A stretch of 20,000 nt of DNA from Halocafeteria seosinensis (taxonomy: Eukaryota): positions 44,768 to 64,767 of the forward strand of contig LVLI01000329.1 in the NCBI GenBank assembly GCA_001687465.1, in the 5' to 3' direction. Position numbers and translations under genes: made by a program. Shown here piece by piece: positions 9,624 to 20,000 of the stretch. The notes beneath the pieces are model-generated. The model searched no databases, had not been told where the DNA came from, and was given only the letters and a program-made list of their open reading frames with translations. Position 1 is the first letter of the stretch. Each line of letters starts with the position of its first letter.

Positions 9624-12600
9624 ATGAGACGACAACATGGAGCCAAGAAACGCAAACCTCAAGCGCCGCAGAAACTACAAGTTTTCTCCCCCCAAGAGGA
9701 TGCCGCGCCACAGGATGACAGTCCACCAGGGTATTCGGAGAACCATCGTCTTTCCAACCTGGCCCTGTATGAACTGAGATTGAACAGCGAGCAATTGAAC
9801 GATGATTCCGGTTCCACTGCTGGAGGAGCAGCAGCTGCTGCTGCGTCATCGGCGGCAAATGACAGCATATTAGGGTATTACTCGTCTATATGTGACGATA
9901 TTTTACGCAATGGAGCGCCGATTCGGCGCTCGAAGAAACAGAAGAGGAAGCGGCCATCAGCCAGGGAGGAGGCGAGGAATCATCTTTTGGTGCTATGTGA
10001 AGACAATGCAACTAGTCTAGGGAGCGAGAGATACGTTGTGGGATATATTCGGTTTAATCTCTCTGGAGAAGAGCGGGAAGAACTGGATACGTTGGACGAT
10101 GACGGTACAGGTACACTGGGCTTCAAAATTGAGCTTGCTAGATCTCAGCGAAAAACGTTGGTGCCCACGATAAATGGAGAACTGTTAGACCAATCTCATT
10201 TGCACTGGAAGCACAGCAAAGGGGAGTCCGTATGTAACCCACGCCCTCTTCGGGACGTTATATCAAAAGTACTGTGGAACGCTGAAACAAGTGCTATTCG
10301 CGACCCCGACATCAGCGCAGACAACCTAGACGACCTCACAAGACTTGTCAGCTTGCTTCGTTCGAAATTTATCAGTGTAAAGTGTTATCGTGAAGGAGGA
10401 AACTTTATCGTTGGAGAGGTCACGCTTAGTCCGAAGAGTTTCATTGATGACGGTGAATCTACCGACATTGTTTGGCATACCGAGGCAATAGATGAAGCTG
10501 CACAAAAGGCGAAGGGACAGTTACTTCGAGCAAGGAGAGGGCTTGTCGCCTCTATTATTGCTCAAACGGAAACTTCTGCTGGGATAAACTCGAAGCATCC
10601 GTTTATGCAGCATACAATAGCGGAGGACGATGTGTACTCTGTTGCTTCCCCGAGCTACAAAGACATTCCGACTTCCTGGCTAACTTTATCAGAAACCCAC
10701 TTAGGAAAGCTAGAAAAGGAATTGGATACGAACCTCAGGAAATACCAGTTGCAAGCAGTTGCTTGGATGCTCGGGAGGGAAGCGGGAACTGTCACCAACG
10801 GTAACGAGGAGCGCATCTTCTTTGAATACGACAGTATTCATCCTATGTGGCGTCCTGTTCGCGCAAAAAAGATTACCGGGTACGGTCCAGAGGAGCCAGT
10901 GGATATTTTCGTTTGCAGGGCACTTGGTCTTTTTTCCAGAGTACCAGTTAGAATGCCGAAGAATGGAGACGCACACTTATGTGGAGGTGGGATCCTTGCC
11001 GATGAAATGGGTTTGGGCAAATCTTTGGTGCTATTAGGACTAGTGTGTTTGAATGGACTACGTGGCAACCGAAAGCTGGAGGAGACAGGAATAAGTATAC
11101 CTTTGTCAACTTTACTTATCAATGGTCTAAAAACATGCTCACTCACTCCTTCAAATATGACGTGCGTCTGTGGTGCTTCCGCTGACACGGAAACACAATC
11201 TCTTGCCTGGGCACAGTGTGACCAGTGTTACTCGTGGCAATCGGTGTTACTTTTACGGCCTTGGAAGGACGAAGAGAGTGGGAATGTGGCAAATCTTTGT
11301 GTATTGTGTGCTGTTTCTCGGCTTCGTATCCCAGTATCCAGTGCGTCGACACTGATAATATGTCCGCAATCATTAATTGAGCAATGGCGAAGGGAAATCA
11401 GCAAGCACTGCTCTTCCTCGGTAACATGCAAGCTGTATCCGGGAATCCATGAAGTGCTGAAGGTAATTCGACGAAACCACGAAAAGCTTACGAAAAAATT
11501 AAATCAATTATGTTCCCGGATAGGTGATTGCTCTGTGGAAATGCGTTCAATTTTGGATGCGTGCAAGGACCCGCAGTGTAGTAGTGCGACAACTCGCCAA
11601 CTGAGTGACATGTTGGAGTCTAATGTAGAAGTCGCTAATCCAGGACTTAGAGGGTTAATTCGGGAATGCAGACAATGCATTAGCCATGGCCAAGAGTACG
11701 CATCACTTTTAGACCCAAGGTTTTTAGGAGCTAATGACATTGTCCTCACAAGCTACGGAGCACTTTCCCAAGATTTAGGCTCCACGTCGCTGCTTGAAGG
11801 GGAAGAACACTTCGATACAACCACTTCGGGATACGGCCGTGAAGTAGGACCGACCTCTAGAAAATGGACAGGCAGTTTGAGGTATAAGAAACGTTACAGA
11901 AATCCATCCTCTCCTCTTGTGCGAGTGGGTTGGCGAAGAGTGAGTCTGGACGAGAGTCAAATGGTAGACAGTCCTGCCACGCAATGCGCTAGTATGGCTC
12001 GGAAACTCCCAGCTATACATAGGTGGTGTGTCTCCGGAACGCCGCTGACGCGTTCATTGGATGACTGGCATGGATTGTGCATGTTTTTGGGTGATATGGC
12101 GACTCCATGGTGTAATGGCAGAGCGTTTCAGTACCATGCAATGAAAGAATGTGTTGAAAACAATGACCCCGTTGCGATATGTCAGTTTCTGCAACACGCC
12201 TCCTCCCTAATGTGGCGCAATACCAAGAGGGAAGTTTCTCAAGAACTTGCATTACCACCGTGTCGAAATGAAGTTATTAGCGTTCGTTTATCTCCCATTG
12301 AATATGCGTTTTATCAACAACAGGTGCAGCAACAACTATCCGTGGTGAGTAGGATTCTCCGAAAGTGGCGTCAGCACGGCCGAGGGAACGACAGCAGTTT
12401 TTTATCGGAAAAGCCCACTCGGACTGAATTGCATGAAATATTGGACCCGTTGGTACGCGTTCGACAGGCGTGCTGTCACCCTCAAGCTACTAACTCTTTG
12501 AACCTGTCGGGCAAACGAAGCCGCACTATGTCGTTCTTGCGTCCCTCTGAATCTACGACTACATCTCCGGTGCTTACAATGGAACAGGTAAGTTTACATC

Positions 12601-15594
12601 ATGTGCATTCGACACAACCTCAGCAGAGCAACAGAAATATGACTACACAGACCTTGAAGGAAATGGTAAGAAAATGTTTGCGAGAAGCGGAAGCAGCATT
12701 GCGAGAAATGATAGCTGCATATAACGGGATCGGAGGCTCCCTTCAATTGCTTGAGGACCCTCTCAAAGCACTTCAGAATTACCGCGACGCTATATACTAT
12801 TCTCAAAGGAGAGGAAAGGAGCTGGGGCTTCGGATTGACCCGTTGCAGTGGCTTCATACTTGCCACAACTGTAATAAGCTTCTCGGATCTATCGATGATT
12901 CGCTGATAGAAGACGACACCCCGGTACAATGCTGTAAACAGCTCTGGAAAGCATTGAGCGACAGCGAATACCAGGGCGTCGATAGTTTGAAAACCTTGAT
13001 GGACAAGAAGTGTCGCGAGCTCGAATTGCAATACCTGGGTAGGTTATACATGTGTAGTGCGGGCTTTGCTTGCTTCCTGAGGTCATAAAAGTCGGGGTGT
13101 CTCATATGCAGAGAGGGTTTCCTTCAATTTCCAAGCCACTTTTGATAGACTCCACGAATGTTCCACGTTAGAGTTCGGGCGGGGCAATGGTTTTGTCGAG
13201 AAGCTTCCAGAGAAATTGGGTGAGATCACCAAAGAACAACGGTCTCACTGCCTGGTCGAGGGACGCTGGTTGCCACGAGAATACAGTAATGCGCTAATAC
13301 AAGAGTTTCTGCGGGAGCGCTTCAACATCTTTGATGAGGAGCGCACAAGAGTACCACTGCAAGACTTCCCTCCAATGGTGGTTTCAGAAGCCTTAGAAAA
13401 CTCTCACTACAGCTGCAGTTCCATCGAGACAATGCAAGGTTTGATGCGTTCTGCGAATGAAACGGATGAGAGCATGGAGCCTTCTAAGGACGCTTTGCTC
13501 GTGCTGGTTACAGGGGCCAGTACTCGTTTAGAGGAGAACCGTGAAAAGTACGTGCTCCGTTTCAATGGTCTGCGGAATGTTCGGCTATATTCATCCCCTG
13601 TTATTTCCTCTTCAGATGCTGGAGGGCATTAAAATCATGTCTACAGCCATCTCAGCAAGACATGCAACTCGCCGCTAACTGCAGGGTATGCAAGAATCAT
13701 TTTGGGAGAACTGGGCCAGTAAGGTTTTGAATGCTGGTTTGCTCTTAATTCCACATGGACATTGAGCCGATGGCTGGGATGCTATGCAGACGTGCCCGTT
13801 GTGTTTGCATTTGGATGAGATTCAGTCTTTTGTTTCCGAAGTGTGGACTTTCCAGTCTTCCCGAATAAGCCTTAATGACAAGTCAAGAGGCAAGCAAGAC
13901 AGAGAAAGACGAGCAGCACGCCAAGCCGAGGATGCCGACGACGATCCTCAGCAAGCGGTAAAGGCTGCTCTTACCAGACGGAACCAGGATAAGCGAACTT
14001 CTGCGCCATTGTTCAAACTCCTTTCCCATATTGCATCTGATCCTTCTCTTCTGCCTCTTGAACAACGGAGACAGCTGTCACGTATTATTAAAGGGCTTCA
14101 GCAGGAAGCAGAAGTGTGTAGGAGTCTATATGAGCGGCAAAAGGACTTGCTGGACGCTCTAGATGAGCTGGATATGGCAAAAGTAACCCTGCAAGTAGTT
14201 CCTGAAACGTATAAACGGAAGGAGGAGGATAGAGTAAGTGGGATAAATATGACGTGCTGCGTTTCTCCCAATAGAGTCTCTTTGGTGGACTGCAGAACTT
14301 GCTGTATCGCTACGAAGTGTCTGCCAAATGCGAGGAAGTGAAGCAAGATCTTGCTGTTGCTGAACAAAAGTTATCGTCTCAGACGGGCCGCTTGTCATAT
14401 CTGATGCGCGTTGGAAGAGAGGAAGGGCTAAACCTCGATATTGACACAGACGGAAAAGTTACTGTAGGCAAGGCCAGTAATCATGCAGACCAAAATGCTA
14501 ACAACGACTGTCCAGTTTGCCTGGAAACTCTAGCGGATGAAAAGATCTTGCTCCCCTGTGCTCATAGAGTTTGCCAAGGATGCATTGGAATGCTTATGTG
14601 TGGATCTCCAGGAATGTGTCTAGAAGACATAAAGCGCTCTCGAGCTGGCAAGTGCCCCCAGTGTCGTAAAAGATTCCAGAAGGATGACCTATTTCACATT
14701 GTATCGTCGTTGACCGGCGAAGGAGCAGACACAGAGCTGATCACCGACAGTGGTACCGACGTTCCTGAGCGTGGGGACGACGCCAAAGGTGATTCGTCCA
14801 GTCTGCACGCCACACCTGGTGAGAGATCATCTCAGCTGCTACCGCATTCTGTACAGCAATACACGGGCACCAAGATTGCTTCCATAGTATCTCACATTCT
14901 GAAGCTCCAAAGGTAAGAATAGTTAAGTGCTCGCGATTCTATCCATTGCTGAGCTCTCTCTTCTGGCCGCTGCAGACATTGGCCAGGCATCAAGGCCATC
15001 GTATTTTCTCAATGGGAGGTTTTACTGCGGATCTTAGAGCAGTCTTGTAAAGACATGGAAGTAGCTGCTATACGCGCTACAGCAGGTAATCTGCGGTACA
15101 CATTGCCGTCATTTCAGGATGATCCGAGCATTTCAGTTCTGCTACTTCCGACGTCCTTAGGCAACCACGGCTTGAACATAACGGAAGCCAATCATGTATT
15201 CTTTGTCGAGCCTCCTCTTAATAAGGGCGTTGAGCACCAGGCCATTGGCAGAATTCATCGAATTGGACAACAAAAGGAATGCTTTGTTCATCACTTCATT
15301 GCTCACCGCACGGTGGAGGAAACTGTTCTCTCGATGGTCAGCAGAACTTCAAATGTTGATAACTCTGATGCAAGTTCGTCCGGGCAAGAACGAAATGACA
15401 GTGCTAGTGCATCGTCTCTTGCACACTCTGTTCATGGGCGCGACGAAGTTGGTCTTACGAGGAAAGATCTCCTTAATATTTTTGACGCGGCTTCCCATGA
15501 GTCAGGCTATACCGTGTCCTTCGACGAACAGCCCGCTTCGGAACCTGCGAGTGCTGCAGCAGCAGATGACACTGAATCCACTGAATTGTCCTGA
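9624..15594 (+). CDS. SHPRH: SHPRH-like SNF2-family ATPase / RING E3 ubiquitin ligase (Rad5/Rad16 group)
   Basis: Model: join(9624..12587,12651..13038,13112..13547,13616..13718,13790..14233,14296..14912,14976..15594), ~1856 aa. All six introns are GT...CAG, 62-73 nt, and frame-consistent. Motifs: LRKYQLQAVAWML, GGILADEMGLGKS (I), a PHD-like CxC..CxxC..CxxC insert, TLIICP (Ia), LDESQ (II), VSGTP (III), RVRQACCHP, a SHPRH-type helical region (TMEQTLKEM..AYNGIGG), a C3HC4 RING (CPVC..PCAHRVCQGC..CPQC), KAIVFSQW, GLNITEANHV and QAIGRIHRIGQ (VI). Confidence 0.92.
12588..12650 (+). other. In-frame, stop-free 63-nt spliceosomal intron hidden inside the long ORF
   Basis: CAG|GTAAGT...CACAG|. The length matches the other introns. 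Removal deletes VSLHHVHSTQPQQSNRNMTTQ and restores the continuous helix TMEQ-TLKEMVRKC. Confidence 0.8.
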
Positions 15595-15704
15595 TGAGGG
15601 GGATGGTATTGATGCAAAGTCAATATACTATATTTAGTCATGAGCGTTAGCATTCTATCAATTTACGTACTCGATGTAGTGTAATGTAGCACCCTAGCTG
15701 AAAC

Positions 15705-17660
15705 ATGAAGCAGTTAGAGGAGCTACTACGCGTGCTGTTTGTCGGTCTGTTGGTCGCTACAGCCCATGCCGATTTTAGGAAAGGGTACGACAAGATCCTC
15801 CAAGAAAGCATGGAAATGCACCCCATCGAGCTGAGAGACATTGAAAGCAATGGTGTTGGGGACACAAAAATGCGCATGGCGGACGGGACACATTTCGTAT
15901 GCCAAACTAAGAGCATTGCTGCACTGGCAGATGACACTATGTCTCCAGGAACTGAAAACAACTTTGGAAATGATTTTTACGCACTAGACCGGATGGAGCA
16001 ACTTCGATTTGTCCAAAGCAAACTTTCTGACGTCCTCAGAGGACGCTGTCTAACGTTGTTCAAGTAAGTGCATACAACGAAGTTCAAAACTCAGGGTACT
16101 GAATCGAGCACGAAGTCTGTTGAGCAACCAACACTGTCCGCAGGGACTTTTGGAGCTATCAAGCCTGCCCTGGAGTGGAATCCAAACAGATGGTGTTCGA
16201 TTGGGCAAGCAAACTAGTGACGACAGAAAATAGTTTGGGAAAATATGTGGGAGCCGCCTTGGGAAGAAACAAACTCATGGATCCAGCATTCAAGCTTCTT
16301 GCAAGTGATGAAAACTTGCAAAATTTTGATTCCCTTTACGAACTTCGGGAATTATTGAGAGAAAGACACACGTTTCTCCCCCAGAAATGGGAAGCGATCG
16401 ATGATTCTTACATCTACATTGAACACTACGGACGAGGACAGAATTGCGTCGACGAGGGCAAGGTTATCCATCGAAGCACTACCATAGAGTACCGATGCTG
16501 CTTGCCAAAATCCGGGGAACCTGTTTCGTTTATTTCCATCGAGGAGCCGTCCACTTGTGTTTATCACGCGGTGATGTGCACGTTGTACATGTGCAACGTA
16601 ACTTAAAACGGACGCGTTCCATCAAGACGGCTCTTGAGAAGTAATCTTGACTCTTTAAGTTCTGTTATGGAAGCTTCGCGTATACTAGAAACGCTCAAAG
16701 ATGGTTGCTTTACTTTGCACGAATCTTGTAAGAATTCATTTCAAATATTGATCGTAGAATCACGTTAGGCAATTAATTACGGTTGTTGCAGTCTGGATGT
16801 ACGAACTATGTATTGGTGCATCGCTGGAGCAAAGCCACAACGAACTCAACCAATTTACGGAAGATGGGCAAACTGTCGTCGAGCAGCGCGAAACACTTAG
16901 ATATAGCCTCGGGACGCTGCGTTCCCTTGTTGCGGAGGACCTCCTGGACATGAAGTTCAAGTTTGGGGGATTACTCTCTGATAATTATACGACGACACTT
17001 CCCAGTGGTCATCGGGTTGAGTACATGCGCAACAAGCCCTACAGGATGGTTGGGGTGAGAACGGGACTCATGGTCAAGGAGGGATTGATAACAAACACTG
17101 ATGACCCTACGCAAACTTATTTTGCAACGGTGAGTACCCAGGGTTCTTCCTAAGACTGCTTCCTCCATAAACCATCATAAGTGATGCAGGTTCTTACAAA
17201 CGGAAGTGACTGCATGGATAGTACTTCCTCTGTAGGATTGACGAAGCCAAGAACCACGGAAGTGCGGTTCTATTGCACGCCATATAGAGTGTCAACAGCA
17301 GATACAGGGCGTATGGACATGCATGGATACGGATTACAACCAAAGTCATCGAAACTGAACATTAATCGATTCACCACAGTAACTTCCAACGGCTACGCGT
17401 TTTTCAATGATTACGAGATTCCGGAAGTCACCTGGATAGGAGCGCTGCAAGAATTTCCTCATTCGCTCAACAGCGTAAAAGAAGGGCCTACCTGCCATTA
17501 CCTTGCAAAATTCTCAACGCCAGTGTTATGCAATCATCCCGCTTTTATGCAAGACGCTCCGATTCCTCCCTCCAGGGTACAGTGTGAAAATGGTGCCTAC
17601 CGTTTCGGTGGCTGGTATGCACCATTTCCGCCTGGCATAAAAAACGATAATCCCCGTTGA
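15705..17660 (+). CDS. OS-9/ERLEC1 (XTP3-B)-like ER lectin with two MRH domains; contains one in-frame TAA (16604-16606)
   Basis: Signal peptide MKQLEELLRVLFVGLLVATAHA. Introns are 16064..16143, 16728..16791 and 17130..17189 (GT...CAG). MRH1: RCLTLFKDFWSYQAC..KQ..YGRGQNC..RSTTIEYRC..EEPSTCVY..MC. MRH2: GCFTLHESFWMYELC..EQ..NGSDC..RTTEVRFYC..KEGPTCHY..TPVLC. There is no KDEL/HDEL. The junction at 16598-16660 is unresolved (see findings). Confidence 0.8.
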
Positions 17661-17675
17661 ACATCTAAGCACCCG

Positions 17676-19853
17676 TCATGTATTTTCAAAGAAACTTGAT
17701 AAATGTTTCAGAAATTGGTGATGCTGAGAGTTACTCTGAAGGAGCTCCTTCTCAAGGCTGCTCAAAGCCTTAGAAACTTCCTTCCTAACGTTCACTTCAG
17801 ACAAATACGGGAGAACAGATACAGACTTTGTCAGCTCCATAAGTGAATCAGCTACATCTCCGGCGAACGAGCGGATGCTATGAAGTAAATCTGTGGTGCG
17901 GAGGGAAAACTACATGTCACCCACGACAGATAAGCGCAAATACTTGCACCTACCTGAATCTAACATGTCTACAGCGTCTTTAACCATTCGCAGTGACGCA
18001 AGTTGGACAAAACGCCTAGTCCAGCCTTCTAGACGACCATCGATATGCCTGACTAACATTGACTCCCCTCTTAATGTTCCGTGAGCGGCTTTCTCCCTGT
18101 ACTCTTCTAGCAAAGCAGAGAGCTCATATAACATATCTACTCCAGACGAAAACTTCCTCGACACTGCGCACTCGCTTAGAACATGGGTTAGGGCGATGGA
18201 TTTGTGTGGCGCCTGATGCATTTCTACTCCGAGGAGGGCGTGCCGACAAACATTTCTAACCCATATCTTTGCAAGGGAAGCAGCTCTTTCCACAAGAGCG
18301 GGGTCATCACTGTGGCTCATCGTGGCCAGCAGAGTGTGCAAACACGATTGCTCAAAGATCGCATGCCGCGTAAAGTAGCGAGAAGGTTGTCGATCAATCT
18401 CTCCTGCTTCTAGCTGATGCATCTCGGTTCGGTGGGACGAGTCAGCTGCGTTGATATCAGGGTGGTGCATAGCGCGTACCCATACCCATCGCAAGTGCTC
18501 GCAATAATTTTCATGCACACCCACAAACCGAGATAAGGCGTGCTCTACCTGTTGATTTATACTTGCATCCCCGCTATCCACACCAGACTGATACGTCATT
18601 TTTTGTGCAAGGACCAAAGAGTCGTGTGCCTTTAACCGTCGCTTCCGAGAGTAAGACCAAACATGACGAGGTGGGAGGTGAATCAGCGACTGAAACTTGA
18701 GGAGGTTCAAACAAGAGCCGATGTCCATGGGAGTCTCTTGTAACGATGCTTCTATTTCCGGGTGCAGCGTTTCGGAAAGCTTTAAGCGTGCCATTTCATA
18801 GTAGCAATACTGAGGAACCAAACTTGAAACAAGTGGCCATCTTACGTATGCCCCAGTACCCGGAAGCGTCGTATTAGTCCTGGCTTGCTGCTTTAAATGA
18901 CGAGGTAAAATCACATCCCCTTGAGGTAAATTTATCGTGAAGACTCGTCCTGCCGCGCCCCACTTTCGCACCATTTCCTTGCGTTCCTTGTTAAACTCTT
19001 TCTTGCCATAAGGCCTAGATAAACGACCAAACCACTCAAACGCCTCTCTTGCTTGCTCCAGCTCGCATATGGAGACTAGCGCTCGAATGACTCTTTGCCA
19101 CCAGGCTGTCCAGACAATTTGGTTCCCTTCCCAAAATGCCAACTCGTATAGCCACAATAAAATCTGAAGGGCCTCTCGTGGTAACGGTAAAGGGCGGAAC
19201 GGTTGATACCCAGTAGCCTTCCAGTTGTTTTCCACATTCATTTTCTGCAGTTTCAGACGTTCGGCCGGGGCATTCGGCTCTGGAAGCATAGAGCGCAAGA
19301 CTACATCCTGCATCAAGGTATCCTGGTGAAGTCCCCCTTCCCATGCGATCCACTGCACAATTTGCTGGATTTTCTTGCGCTCTCCTCGCTCTGCTAGCGA
19401 CTCAATACTGCTTCTTAAATGCGCATATGCAGAGAAGGGCTGCTTTAGATTCCACAAATGTGCGAGTCTGTTGACCACTGGGCTCTCAGCTTCCTCCACG
19501 CCCTCGTGTGTTGCCGTAGGCGTTGATGCCGATTCTCCTTGACCTCCTCGACCTTTAATGATACTGGCTATAAGGGTGCGCGCTGCTCGTTGTCCATTGA
19601 TTCTTTGAGCTTCTCGTTTCACACGTGCAGCCTCCTTGTGTGTGATGCTTCGAGCTCCTGTCCTCTCGCTTCCTCGGCGTGTACTACTTGAAGTCACGGC
19701 TCTGTGTAGCCATGCATCGTGTGGATTCCTCCTGGTAGGGAGGGGCGGGGAGGGAACCGGCCCAGTTGTGCGTAAGCCTTGAGCCAATGTTCTGGTCGAC
19801 CGTGCCATCGTGGCATAGCCCATGGCGCTCGTTTCCAGTCTACGAGCCAACAT
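17676..19853 (-). CDS. Helical-repeat (PPR-like) protein with probable mitochondrial presequence; function unknown
   Basis: Model: complement(join(17676..17890,17954..19853)), ~704 aa. Intron 17891..17953 (63 nt, GTAGGT...CACAG) adds a 71-residue open last exon (DLLHSIRSF...FFENT*) missed by the ORF track. The N-terminus is Arg/Thr-rich. PPR-like segments include WQRVIRALVSICELEQAREAFEW, LHTLLATMSHSDDPALVERA and LTHVLSECAVSRKFSSGVDMLYEL. Confidence 0.65.
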
Positions 19854-19913
19854 AGATGGTAGTAAAGATTGTCCCGGATTGATACATTTTCCTCATTGTA
19901 CTCGCCCGTGGAG

Positions 19914-19940
19914 TAACCAACTAACTAACTAACAAACCAA
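19914..19940 (+). repeat. Short imperfect (CTAA)n tandem repeat
   Basis: TAACCAACTAACTAACTAACAAACCAA, about 60 nt upstream of the ATG at 19853. Confidence 0.5.
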
Positions 19941-20000
19941 TTCACCTCTTTTGTACTCATTAAGAGTGAATAAAAAAGATGTTGCATCGTATCGCTTCCA

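Noticed and set aside
16604..16606. Genome-wide stop codon reassignment (TAA as sense)
   Set aside because: This is the only internal stop in about 5,600 modelled codons, and TAA, TAG and TGA all terminate genes in this window.
9077..17660. Possible ERAD gene cluster (SVIP-like plus OS-9/ERLEC1-like)
   Set aside because: Only two genes, separated by an unrelated DNA-repair gene. Chance adjacency is likely without synteny data.
19914..20000. (CTAA)n as a telomeric remnant, and terminal ATCGCTTC as a U2 snRNA 5' end
   Set aside because: The repeat is not CCCTAA-like. The U2 similarity is 8 nt, diverges at once and is cut by the window edge.

Overview
Gene-dense eukaryotic nuclear DNA in the standard genetic code, with short (60-80 nt) GT-CAG spliceosomal introns. 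It is probably from a protist with a compact genome, but the taxon cannot be determined from this window. Seven protein-coding genes can be reconstructed by hand: a FAM210/DUF1279-type membrane protein (-), a PPR-like helical-repeat protein (+), an active-type myotubularin (-), a small SVIP-like p97 adaptor (-), a SHPRH-like SNF2/PHD/RING ligase (+, 7 exons), an OS-9/ERLEC1-like two-MRH-domain ER lectin (+) and a second PPR-like protein (-). No tRNA, rRNA, CRISPR array or mobile element was recognised. Two anomalies stand out. The lectin has a single in-frame TAA between its two MRH domains that no well-formed canonical intron removes. A ~1 kb intergenic gap (8093-9076) is unusually long for this window and contains a GC-rich, helix-rich segment that could be an unrecognised ncRNA. 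I cannot claim a demonstrably new biological system from sequence alone.
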